Positions 55,639 to 64,000 of a stretch of 64,000 nucleotides of DNA are shown piece after piece; the first letter of the stretch is position 1; each line of letters opens with the position of its first letter. The stretch is from Eubacteriales bacterium (GTDB lineage Bacteria > Bacillota > Clostridia > Oscillospirales > CAG-382), in assembly GCA_045536935.1 (NCBI GenBank), contig JAZSOO010000027.1, positions 41,418-105,417 on the forward strand, in the 5' to 3' direction. Under the pieces are notes generated by a model. That model searched no databases and was not told the origin of the DNA. It saw nothing but the letters and a program-made list of their open reading frames with translations. Made by a program: the position numbers and the translations under genes.

Positions 55639-57000
55639 TTAGATGCTGTTTGCCAATTTAGTTATATCACCAGCGCCCATAATTAAGAGCAAATCACCTG
55701 ATTTTAGTTCATTTTTGAGGAATTCTTTGATTTCGTCGAACGTTTCAAAATACAAAGAACCACTAATTTCTTCCGAGAGCTTTTTAGAGGAAACTTCGGT
55801 TCCGCAGGCTTCTCTTGCGGCATAAAGAGGGCAGAGTATGAGTATATCGGCATCATCGAACGATGTTTTAAACTCGTCAAAAAGGTCTTTCAATCTCGAA
55901 TAGTTATGGGGTTGGAAAACGCATACAACACGATTACGTGTGATTCGTTTTGCAGCGTCCAAAGTAACTTTTATTTCGTCGGGGTGGTGGGCATAGTCAT
56001 CATAAACGTCGGCACCGCAAAAACTGCCCTTGTATTCAAATCGTCTTCCTACACCTGCAAAGCTTACAATGCCTTTTACCATATCTTCTTTTGTGATTCC
56101 GATCAAATCACAAACTGCAATAACCGCAAGCGAGTTTGCAATGTTATGTTCGCCCGGAGCCGATAACTTCAGTGATAGGAAGAACTGGTTGTTCTTATAA
56201 ACGTCAAAAGACGCATATCCGCCGACGATTGATATATTCTTTGCGTAATAGTTTGCTTTTTCATTGCCTTTGGCGCTGAAAGTGATTTTTTTGCCAACAT
56301 AGTCCTCGGCAGAGATGTTACAGTTTTCACAATCGAAATTGTAGATAGCGCATCCGTCTTTACCTGTGTTGTTCATATATTGAGTAAAGGATCTACGCAT
56401 ATGCTCAATACCCGTGAAATAGTCGGTATGGTCAAGTGAAATATTCAGAACAACGGCAATATTAGGGAAGAAAGACAGAAAACTGTCTTTATATTCACAT
56501 GCTTCGTAAACAAAATTATCGTCATGACCGATGCGATATGTAGAGCCTACGTCACGCATAACTGCGCCGACAACTATCGTAGGGTCACATCCGAGAGCAT
56601 TTAGGAGAACGTGTCCGAGCATTCCGCTTGTTGTGGATTTACCGTGTGTACCTGCTATTGCGACAGACGTTTTATAAAGGTTCGCCAATGCGCCAAGAAC
56701 TTCTGCACGAGAATAAAGCTGTTTACCGGATTTTACGATTTCTTTCATCATGGGATGGTCGGGACCAAAAGCGGCTGAATAGATGACGGCACCGCAATTT
56801 TCAAGTTGCGAAGCGTCGAATTCAGAATAAACCTTTATGTTATTCTTTTCTAATTTATCGGTAACGTCGCTTAACGTGCGGTCATAGCCTGATATTGAAT
56901 ATCCTTTTTCGGCAAGTATCATAGCAATGGCAGACATACTTATTCCGCCGATGCCAAGAAAATATAAACCGGAATCAAGTTTAAGTTCGTTAATATTCAA
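55639..57000 (-). CDS. murC: UDP-N-acetylmuramate--L-alanine ligase
   Basis: 453 aa with GIGGISMSAIA and the Mur-ligase P-loop GTHGKSTT. Confidence 0.95.
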   Translation of the reverse strand: MNINELKLDSGLYFLGIGGISMSAIAMILAEKGYSISGYDRTLSDVTDKLEKNNIKVYSEFDASQLENCGAVIYSAAFGPDHPMMKEIVKSGKQLYSRAEVLGALANLYKTSVAIAGTHGKSTTSGMLGHVLLNALGCDPTIVVGAVMRDVGSTYRIGHDDNFVYEACEYKDSFLSFFPNIAVVLNISLDHTDYFTGIEHMRRSFTQYMNNTGKDGCAIYNFDCENCNISAEDYVGKKITFSAKGNEKANYYAKNISIVGGYASFDVYKNNQFFLSLKLSAPGEHNIANSLAVIAVCDLIGITKEDMVKGIVSFAGVGRRFEYKGSFCGADVYDDYAHHPDEIKVTLDAAKRITRNRVVCVFQPHNYSRLKDLFDEFKTSFDDADILILCPLYAAREACGTEVSSKKLSEEISGSLYFETFDEIKEFLKNELKSGDLLLIMGAGDITKLANSI

Positions 57001-57179
57001 AACAAAATACCTTCCAAATCACAGCAGATTTTGTTATTATTCAATGTATTATATCACTTTTGTGAGATAAAATAAAGACAAAATTACACCTATGATAAAT
57101 ATTATTCATTTTGCACATTGCACAATGCTTCTTTTTGTGTATAATTTTTAAATGTAGTAATGTTTATTAGAGGTGGATC

Positions 57180-57776
57180 ATGAAATCGAAAATCTCGCAA
57201 TTTACATCAATATCAATATTAATCGCTGTTACCGTTGTTTTACAAACACTTGGCGCTGTTTTTCCTATCAAGGTTGCAGGTATTTCCATATCTCTTGTTA
57301 TGATTCCTATAACGGTTGCAGCTTGCTTTTTTGGAATTAAGGGAGGTGCAATAATCGGTGCTGCTTTTGGGTTGACCGTTTTTGTTCACAGTATCATCGG
57401 TCTTGATGCTGCAGGAGCTACAATATTTGCTATAAGTCCTTTTTTCACATTTTGTATTACCGCTGTTCGTGGAATGCTTGCAGGCGTATTAACTGCAGTT
57501 ATATTTAAACTTGTGAAAAATATCAAAGCATCTTGGTTGAAATATATGATAACAGGTTTGTGTTCTACGATTTTAAATACAGGCATTTTTATCGCCTTTT
57601 ACGTTCTTCTTTTTAAAGAACTTTTGGTTTCCGCAGCCGAAGCAGGCGGATATGCAAATAACGTTTTCGGATTTATAATTGTTGCAGTTGTGGGAATCAA
57701 TTTTATCTTCGAAGCACTCACAACTCTTTTGCTTTCTCCTGCAGTATGCAAAGCGGTAGAAAAGACGCAGAAATAA
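57180..57776 (+). CDS. putative ECF-transporter S component / integral membrane protein
   Basis: 198 aa with 5-6 TM helices. The N-terminus FTSISILIAVTVVLQ is typical of ECF substrate-capture subunits. Substrate unknown. Confidence 0.55.
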   Translation: MKSKISQFTSISILIAVTVVLQTLGAVFPIKVAGISISLVMIPITVAACFFGIKGGAIIGAAFGLTVFVHSIIGLDAAGATIFAISPFFTFCITAVRGMLAGVLTAVIFKLVKNIKASWLKYMITGLCSTILNTGIFIAFYVLLFKELLVSAAEAGGYANNVFGFIIVAVVGINFIFEALTTLLLSPAVCKAVEKTQK

Positions 57777-57800
57777 GATTGAATTAATTGAGGATATATA

Positions 57801-59648
57801 ATGGTTAGAGAAGATCTTAGAAATATTGCTATCATTGCACACGTTGACCACGGCAAAACAACACTTGTTGACGAAATGCTTAAGCAGGGCGGTGTTTTTC
57901 GTGAAAATCAAGTGACGGAAGACCGTGTTATGGATAATAATGCGCTTGAGCGTGAACGTGGCATTACTATTCTTGCAAAAAATACGGCAATCCATTACAA
58001 AGACGTTAAGATAAACGTTATAGACACCCCCGGCCACGCAGACTTTGGCGGTGAAGTTGAACGTATTTTGAAAATGGTTAATGGTGTTATACTTCTCGTT
58101 GACGCTGCTGAAGGTCCCATGCCTCAGACAAGATTCGTTCTTCAAAGAGCATTGGAACTTAACCACAAGGTTATCGTTGTTGTTAATAAAATTGACAGAG
58201 CCGATGCAAGAATCGAAGAAGTTATGGACGAAGTTCTCGAGCTTCTCTTTGATCTTGACGCAAGCGACGAACAGCTTGAAAGTCCCACGCTTTTCTGTTC
58301 GGGCAGAGCAGGTACCGCTTCTATCTCTCCTTATGAACAAGGTAAAGATCTTCAACCCCTCTTTGATACTATACTTTCCCATATTCCTGCACCCGAAGGT
58401 GATCCCGACGGTGAATTGCAGTTGCTCGTTTCTTCAATCGACTACAATGAATATGTAGGCAGAATCGGTATCGGAAGAATTGAACGTGGTCAGATAAAAC
58501 AGGGTCAAGAAGTTTTGATGACGAACTATCACTCTCAAGCCGAGCCTACAAAGACAAAAATAGTTTCGCTTTACCAAATCGACGGACTTAACCGTGTTCC
58601 CGTGCAATCTGCATCTGTGGGCGACATTGTTTGTTTTTCGGGTGCTGAAAATATTACTATCGGTGATACGATTACATCTTTGCAGTGTCCCGAACCTCTT
58701 GAATTTGTCAAGGTTGGCGAACCCACAATGGAAATGACCTTCTCGGTTAACGATTCTCCCTTTGCGGGCAGAGAAGGTAAGTTTGTAACCTCTCGTCAGC
58801 TTCGTGACAGGCTCTTTAAAGAGCTCCTCAAGGACGTTTCGCTCCGTGTTTCGGAAGGCGACACGACAGACTCCTTCAAGGTTGCCGGCAGAGGCGAAAT
58901 GCACCTTTCGATCCTTATTGAAACGATGAGACGTGAAGGATTTGAGCTTTGCTGTTCTACACCGAGAGTTCTTTTTAAGGACATCGACGGGGTTAAATGC
59001 GAACCGTTTGAGCTTGTTTCTGCAGACGTTCCCAATGATTACGTCGGAACTGTCGTTGAAGAATTGAGCAGAAGAAAAGGTGAACTTCTGCAAATGAACC
59101 CCAACGGTAACGGCACTCGTATGAAAATTGAATATTCGATTCCTGCACGCTGCTTGCTCGGGTATCGCAGTATGTTTATGTCTGCGACACGTGGCGAAGG
59201 TATTTTGAACAGCATTTTCGAAGGATATAAACCTTATAAGGGTGATATACAGATTCGCTTTACCGGTTCTCTTGTTGCAAGTGAAACCGGCGAAACAACA
59301 TCGTACGGTTGCTATAATTCGCAAGAACGAGGAAACCTTTTTGTTTCACCTGCTATGGAGATATATGAAGGTATGGTCGTCGGTATCAATCCCAAGGCAG
59401 AAGATATCGCAATTAACCCTTGTAAAAAGAAACAGCTTACCGCCATCAGATCTGCAGGTGCAGACGAAAAACTGATTTTAACTCCTCCTATTATAATGTC
59501 ACTTGAAGAAGCAATAGAGTTTATTGCCGAGGACGAGCTGATCGAAGTGACTCCGAAATCTTTAAGGATCCGCAAACGTATTCTTAATAAAGAACTACGT
59601 ATGAAGGCGGAAAGCAAAGCTAAAAAAGCAGCCTTTGCTTCAAAATAA
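57801..59648 (+). CDS. typA: translational GTPase TypA/BipA
   Basis: 615 aa with G1 [10 protein letters not shown]3 DTPGHADF, G4 NKID, and EF-G-like domains. Confidence 0.95.
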   Translation: MVREDLRNIAIIAHVDHGKTTLVDEMLKQGGVFRENQVTEDRVMDNNALERERGITILAKNTAIHYKDVKINVIDTPGHADFGGEVERILKMVNGVILLVDAAEGPMPQTRFVLQRALELNHKVIVVVNKIDRADARIEEVMDEVLELLFDLDASDEQLESPTLFCSGRAGTASISPYEQGKDLQPLFDTILSHIPAPEGDPDGELQLLVSSIDYNEYVGRIGIGRIERGQIKQGQEVLMTNYHSQAEPTKTKIVSLYQIDGLNRVPVQSASVGDIVCFSGAENITIGDTITSLQCPEPLEFVKVGEPTMEMTFSVNDSPFAGREGKFVTSRQLRDRLFKELLKDVSLRVSEGDTTDSFKVAGRGEMHLSILIETMRREGFELCCSTPRVLFKDIDGVKCEPFELVSADVPNDYVGTVVEELSRRKGELLQMNPNGNGTRMKIEYSIPARCLLGYRSMFMSATRGEGILNSIFEGYKPYKGDIQIRFTGSLVASETGETTSYGCYNSQERGNLFVSPAMEIYEGMVVGINPKAEDIAINPCKKKQLTAIRSAGADEKLILTPPIIMSLEEAIEFIAEDELIEVTPKSLRIRKRILNKELRMKAESKAKKAAFASK

Positions 59649-59650
59649 GA

Positions 59651-59679
59651 AAAAAGCCTAACTTATGTTAGGCTTTTTT
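59651..59679. terminator. bidirectional terminator
   Basis: AAAAAGCCTAAC-ttat-GTTAGGCTTTTT. Confidence 0.8.
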
Positions 59680-60496
59680 AATCGTCAATTTTTGATGATA
59701 TAATATTGTTTATTTCGGCACCGAGGAACAGTATATACATACAGGTGTACAGCCAAAGCATTAAAACGATAATTGCGGTAAGACTACCGTAAATATTGGC
59801 ATAATTCCCGAAATTTTCAACGAAGAAAGAGAACAATATTGAGAAGGAAACCCAACCTGCACTTGAAATTACAGCACCGGGGATTTGATCTAAAAATCTT
59901 TGCTTACCGCTCGGGAGCGACTTATATAGAATCGAGAAGAAGAAAACTAATATCAAAAAACCAAGTATGAAGCGCAATGAGGTGATAATGTATACCAATC
60001 CTTTAAGATTCGGGAAGAGGGAATAGAGAAATCCGCTTAAAGTATCACCGAACACGAGCAAAATCAGCGCAGCGATGATAATAAATATAAATGAAATCGT
60101 ATAGAAAATAGCAAGTAATCTGACCAAAAAATAGTTTCTGCTTTCTTTGATCTCATAAACAGAGTTCAAACCACCAATAATGGCAAAAACACCTCTTGAT
60201 GCAGACCAAAGTAGAACTAATGCAGACGCAATGGTTAATGAGAGATTGCTTGTAGTAATGATTTCATCTACGTACGTATTGAAAAAAGAACTTACAAATT
60301 CGGGAGCAAACTCTTTAGCGACGCTCGCAAAGGAATCGGTTGCTGCACCGATTTGTTGCAACAACGAAAGTAATAACATTACCAAAGGGATCAAAGAAAG
60401 GAACATAAAGAATGCTGTCTGTGCGGAATATGCGCTAATTCTGCTTGCTGCAGCTTTTCTCGTGAGATATTTAATGCTTTTAATAAGATTATTCAC
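59678..60496 (-). CDS. YihY/BrkB (ribonuclease BN-like) family membrane protein
   Basis: 272 aa with six TM helices. N-terminal SAYSAQTAFFMFLSLIPL and C-terminal YGSLTAIIVLMLWLY...FLGAE are characteristic. Confidence 0.8.
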   Translation of the reverse strand: MNNLIKSIKYLTRKAAASRISAYSAQTAFFMFLSLIPLVMLLLSLLQQIGAATDSFASVAKEFAPEFVSSFFNTYVDEIITTSNLSLTIASALVLLWSASRGVFAIIGGLNSVYEIKESRNYFLVRLLAIFYTISFIFIIIAALILLVFGDTLSGFLYSLFPNLKGLVYIITSLRFILGFLILVFFFSILYKSLPSGKQRFLDQIPGAVISSAGWVSFSILFSFFVENFGNYANIYGSLTAIIVLMLWLYTCMYILFLGAEINNIISSKIDD

Positions 60497-60608
60497 TCGC
60501 TAACATTCCTTTCTTAAGATTTTTTATAAATGCGTTTTATATGTCGCAGATTGACTTGGAAATTCAAATATGCTATAATACCTTTAACATTGATTTTGGA
60601 GTTTGAAA

Positions 60609-61115
60609 ATGGTACGTTATACCAGTAATTTCACAAAAAAAGACCTGATGCAACGTTGGGACGAATATACGTCTCCTGCGAGATTTGCAGGTGCAGACGA
60701 AACGCTCGACCTTATCTTTAGTGCAAAACGCAACGGAGATTCTGTTAAACTTATGCGGAGAACAAAGCTTTCTCGAGATCCGTTTTCTCCGATTTTTCAC
60801 GGAAAAATTAAAAGTACAAAGCAGGGAAGTGAGATAGTTGGCTTTTATACGAAATCTATAATCGATTATCTTCTCGTTGGATTTGTCATGGGCTTGCTCT
60901 TTTGTATGCGTTCTTTTATAATTGAGCGTGGTGAATCGCTTAATACGATTAATTCCCTTTTAATTATCGGAATAATCGGCAGTTTTATACTATTAAAAAA
61001 CACACGTGTATCTAAGCGTAAATTCTCGGAACTGATTTTTAAGATCACCGATATCGAAATGCCTTTATTCTTAAACCGCAAAGCAACCAAAGAACTCGAG
61101 AACAAAGACGAATAA
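60609..61115 (+). CDS. hypothetical membrane protein
   Basis: 168 aa from ATG 60609 (GGAG RBS 7 nt upstream; TTGACT-17-TATAAT promoter at 60552-60580). Two central TM helices. No family recognised. Confidence 0.5.
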   Translation: MVRYTSNFTKKDLMQRWDEYTSPARFAGADETLDLIFSAKRNGDSVKLMRRTKLSRDPFSPIFHGKIKSTKQGSEIVGFYTKSIIDYLLVGFVMGLLFCMRSFIIERGESLNTINSLLIIGIIGSFILLKNTRVSKRKFSELIFKITDIEMPLFLNRKATKELENKDE

Positions 61116-61299
61116 TACTCACTAAAAAGAGTCGGCGATATGATTTCGTCGGCTTTTATTATGCTTCATAGAGTATTAATTTCATACATTATATCATATA
61201 ATTAATATATTTTCAATGCATTTATAAATATTTACTTGCAAGAAGAAAAATAATGTGTTATCATATTAATACAAAATACCGTTTGAAAGGGGTAATAGT

Positions 61300-61917
61300 A
61301 TGCGTAAAATTATTACAATCGGAAGACAGTTTGGAACGTTGGGTTCCGAAATCGGAAAAAAGCTTTCTGAAATAACGGGAATTCCTTGTTATGACAGAGA
61401 TGCATTGGTTAAGATCGCCACCGACCATGGAATTCCCCTTGAAACGTTTGAAAAGGCAGACGAACAGGCAACGTCAAGTTTTCTTTATTCGCTCGCAATG
61501 ACAAGTTATAACGGTAATGTTGCTCATTACGGAATGAATGATTATATTTATACCGATCGTGTTTTTAATATACAGTCGGCAGAAATGAAGAAGATTGCAG
61601 ATAACGGCGATTGTATATTTATCGGTCGTTGTGCAGACGACGTTCTTTCGGATTGTGAAGGTCTTTTGAAGATTTTTATTCACGCTCCTATGGAGTACCG
61701 TGTACAGGTTATGAAAGCACACGGTATGGAAGACGAAAATGCCGCAAAGAAATATATTGCAAAGTCTGACAAAAAACGTGCATCTTATTACAATTTCTAT
61801 ACAGGCAAAGGTTGGGGCGATCCTAAAAACTATCATATGAACATTGACAGCAGTCTTCTTGGCGTTGACGGTACTGCAATGATGATCAAACACCTTATTG
61901 ATGAATTTTATAAATAA
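61300..61917 (+). CDS. cytidylate kinase-like family protein
   Basis: MRKIITIGRQFGTLGSEIGKKLSEITGIPCYDRD matches the N-terminal signature of this AAA-type small kinase-like family. Confidence 0.7.
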   Translation: MRKIITIGRQFGTLGSEIGKKLSEITGIPCYDRDALVKIATDHGIPLETFEKADEQATSSFLYSLAMTSYNGNVAHYGMNDYIYTDRVFNIQSAEMKKIADNGDCIFIGRCADDVLSDCEGLLKIFIHAPMEYRVQVMKAHGMEDENAAKKYIAKSDKKRASYYNFYTGKGWGDPKNYHMNIDSSLLGVDGTAMMIKHLIDEFYK

Positions 61918-61930
61918 AATTCAATAAAAT

Positions 61931-61968
61931 AAGTCCGCAGGAATGATTCCTGCGGACTTTCTTTTTGT
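61931..61968. terminator. bidirectional terminator
   Basis: AAGTCCGCAGGAA-tga-TTCCTGCGGACTT followed by TCTTTTTG. Confidence 0.8.
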
Positions 61969-61974
61969 TTTAAA

Positions 61975-63096
61975 TTAGTGTGCGATGATCTGTTCGGTAT
62001 CTTTATCGAAGATGTGGATACGAGTTGTATCAACTGCAATCTTGATAGTGTCGCCTGCTCTTGCAGAGGACTGAGAAGATACTCTGGAAACGAGAGTTGT
62101 TTCTTCGCCAACCTTGAGGTAGAGATAAATTTCTGCACCCATAAGTTCGGTGAATTCAACCTGAGCTTCAATGATGGTGTCCTTGAATTTTTCCATGTAA
62201 ACGGGTTCGTCATGGAGAAGTTCGGGACGAAGACCTGCGATAACTTCTTTGCCTACATAATCAGCGAGGTTGTTATCTTCGAATTTTGCAGGATCAAGCT
62301 TGAAGGAAACATTTTCGAATTCGAGGAAGCAATCGTCCTGTCCCTTGGGCTTGGTGATCTTTGCATTTACGAAGTTCATCTGAGGAGTTCCGATGAAGCC
62401 TGCAACGAAAATGTTGCAAGGGAAGTCGTAAAGGTTCTGAGGAGTATCAACCTGTTGGATGATACCGTCCTTCATAACGACGATACGGGTAGCCATGGTC
62501 ATAGCTTCGACCTGGTCGTGGGTAACGTAGATGAAGGTTGTTTGGAGCTTCTGGTGAAGCTTTGTAAGCTCGGTTCTCATGGTAGCACGGAGCTTTGCGT
62601 CGAGGTTGGAAAGCGGTTCGTCAAGAAGGAATACCTTCGGTTCACGAACGATTGCACGACCGAGCGCAACACGCTGCTTCTGACCACCGGAGAGAGCCTT
62701 CGGCTTTCTGTCGAGAAGGTGAGTAATATCAAGAATTCTTGCAGCTTCTTCAACACGACGTTTGATTTCTTCTTTTCTTACTTTACGAAGCTTAAGACCG
62801 AATGCCATGTTGTCGAAAACAGACATGTGGGGATAAAGAGCGTAGTTCTGGAAAACCATCGCGATATCTCTGTCCTTAGGCGCAACGTCGTTAACTCTCT
62901 TGTTATCAATGAAGAGTTCGCCTTCGGTAATTTCTTCAAGACCTGCGATCATTCTAAGGGTGGTGGTTTTACCGCAACCAGAAGGACCAACGAAGATGAT
63001 GAATTCCTTATCCTTGATATCAAGGGTGAAATCGGATACAGCAGTTACACCGCCGGGATACCTTTTGTAAAGGTGTTTGAACAATACACTTGCCAT
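61975..63096 (-). CDS. msmX: sugar ABC-transporter ATP-binding protein (MsmX/MalK/UgpC type)
   Basis: 373 aa with Walker A GPSGCGKTT, signature LSGGQKQR, Walker B VFLLDEPLS and a C-terminal TOBE-like regulatory domain. Confidence 0.88.
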   Translation of the reverse strand: MASVLFKHLYKRYPGGVTAVSDFTLDIKDKEFIIFVGPSGCGKTTTLRMIAGLEEITEGELFIDNKRVNDVAPKDRDIAMVFQNYALYPHMSVFDNMAFGLKLRKVRKEEIKRRVEEAARILDITHLLDRKPKALSGGQKQRVALGRAIVREPKVFLLDEPLSNLDAKLRATMRTELTKLHQKLQTTFIYVTHDQVEAMTMATRIVVMKDGIIQQVDTPQNLYDFPCNIFVAGFIGTPQMNFVNAKITKPKGQDDCFLEFENVSFKLDPAKFEDNNLADYVGKEVIAGLRPELLHDEPVYMEKFKDTIIEAQVEFTELMGAEIYLYLKVGEETTLVSRVSSQSSARAGDTIKIAVDTTRIHIFDKDTEQIIAH

Positions 63097-63224
63097 TTGT
63101 AACCTCCATAATGAGTGTGTAACATCTCATTTTTATCAATACAATAATACCAAAAAAAGATAATAAATGTAAGTGTTTAATTATCCAAAAATTATATGCT
63201 GTGTTTATCTATTTTGCATAATAT

Positions 63225-63695
63225 TTACGATTTCCTGAAACCGTGAACAAACCCTTCTCCCGATGTCGAAGAAACGTCACCTGCGATTACTCTTCCGTTT
63301 CTGATAAAGAGTGTGGCAAACACTTCGCCTTCGGCGTCATAATTTGTAATTTTGAACACGTACGCACTTGCGGTTTTTCCGGAATATCTTTTAAGGTTTA
63401 AGCCTTGAGCTCTTTGGATCTCGTTGTATTTTTCATAAACGGCGTTGAATTCCTCGGGTATCTCGATTTCGTAGATTTCACAAGCTTTTTGCTCGGTTTC
63501 ATACCCAAATTGACCAATAAATTTCACCATATCTTCTTCTGAAGAAATATTTTTGAAATCGGTCGTAACGCTTGCTGCGTCGGACGCCGCACTTATAGCA
63601 GGCAATACACCTATTGCAGTTACCAACAGTGCAACCGACAGGGCAATTACGGCAAAAAATTTTAACCCGGAGGCTTTCATTGTGTATACGAACAT
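63225..63695 (-). CDS. DUF4830-like secreted/anchored protein
   Basis: 156 aa with a signal anchor. GYETEQKACEIYEIEIPEEFNAVYEKYNEIQRAQGLNL...G fits my recollection of DUF4830. Confidence 0.6.
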   Translation of the reverse strand: MFVYTMKASGLKFFAVIALSVALLVTAIGVLPAISAASDAASVTTDFKNISSEEDMVKFIGQFGYETEQKACEIYEIEIPEEFNAVYEKYNEIQRAQGLNLKRYSGKTASAYVFKITNYDAEGEVFATLFIRNGRVIAGDVSSTSGEGFVHGFRKS

Positions 63696-63753
63696 TTGTT
63701 ATCGCTCCTTAAATAATTCTTGATAAATTATATAGGGAGAATTTTGGAAATAT

Positions 63754-64000
63754 TCATTCTTTATACGAATTGATTATTTCCTCGAGACGTTCGAGTTCCT
63801 GATACAATTCGTCTATACGGTTTTCGATATTTCTTTCTTTTTCGTATAGCTCGTTAAGAGCGACGTAATTTGTAAGAATTTCGGGTTCGTTTTCTTTGTT
63901 TTTTAATGTAGATAATTCGTTTTCCAGCGTTGCTATTTCTTTTTCTGCAGAAGCATATTTAGTAACGGCTGAACGATATTGATTTTTGCGTTGTTTTGCT
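63754..64000 (-). CDS. C-terminal end of a coiled-coil protein, probably an ABC-F ATPase (5' part outside window)
   Basis: The minus-strand frame is open from the window edge and reads ...KQRKNQYRSAVTKYASAEKEIATLENELSTLKNKENEPEILTNYVALNELYEKERNIENRIDELYQELERLEEIINSYKE*, with the stop at 63754-63756. This style is typical of ABC-F C-terminal extensions. Confidence 0.45.
   Translation of the reverse strand, partial: AKQRKNQYRSAVTKYASAEKEIATLENELSTLKNKENEPEILTNYVALNELYEKERNIENRIDELYQELERLEEIINSYKE

Noticed and set aside
57001-57179. Riboswitch upstream of the ECF S-component-like gene
   Set aside because: The predicted promoter (TTGCAC...TGTGTATAAT) leaves only ~30 nt of leader, and no conserved aptamer-like structure is visible.
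57573-59324. Minus-strand ORFs 57573-58382 and 58434-59324 opposite typA
   Set aside because: The plus strand encodes canonical BipA GTPase motifs. The antisense products have no motifs.
60573-60800. 75-aa minus-strand ORF overlapping the 60609-61115 gene and its promoter
   Set aside because: It has no RBS and a basic, low-complexity product. The plus strand has a promoter, an RBS and a membrane-protein-like product.
61978-63102. 374-aa plus-strand ORF opposite the MsmX-type ATPase
   Set aside because: The Walker A, signature and Walker B motifs are all on the minus strand. This is an antisense artefact.

Overview
This is a 64-kb chromosomal segment from a spore-forming, Clostridia-like Firmicute. 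The assignment rests on spoVAC/AD/AE, yunB, a Cheo-type GAAC-N4-GTTC SOS box, GGAGG ribosome-binding sites and tightly packed operons. Most of the window is housekeeping. It holds hisC(partial)-hisBHAF-IE, rsmA, queG, rpsF-ssb-rpsR and a PRPP-synthetase-family gene. A gap-free recA-recX-rimO-pgsA-cysS-mrnC-lexA string follows, then tRNA-Lys(UUU), cyclophilin, an acyl-CoA synthetase and tRNA-Arg(CCG). Next come pflB-pflA behind a ZTP (pfl-motif) riboswitch, a LysR/CofE-like pair, the spoVA operon and a FadD-like ligase with a carrier protein. The second half carries a PduL/NifU-like/GGGtGRT operon, an aminotransferase, trpS, parE-parC, gdpP-rplI-dnaB, tilS, ftsH, typA, murC, rpmB, mntP and others. 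Two regions look accessory. (1) 29324-32263 is a visibly AT-rich ~2.9-kb insertion bounded by a 24-nt direct repeat that splits a bidirectional terminator. It carries an XRE regulator divergent from a translationally coupled operon encoding a 133-aa protein, a 565-aa zinc-ribbon/coiled-coil protein and an untracked 49-aa two-TM peptide, plus a relic recombinase-like HTH. None of the three operon products matches a family I recognise, so this is my best candidate for an undescribed (defence/abortive-infection-like) module. (2) 19057-19990 lies next to tRNA-Arg, where a small GNAT gene is sandwiched between two arrays of GC-rich mini-hairpins. The hairpins are phased every ~20-22 nt by a conserved AT-rich 9-mer, and stem sequences vary while pairing is kept. 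Many long antisense ORFs in the supplied track are mirror-frame artefacts of codon-biased genes and are rejected.
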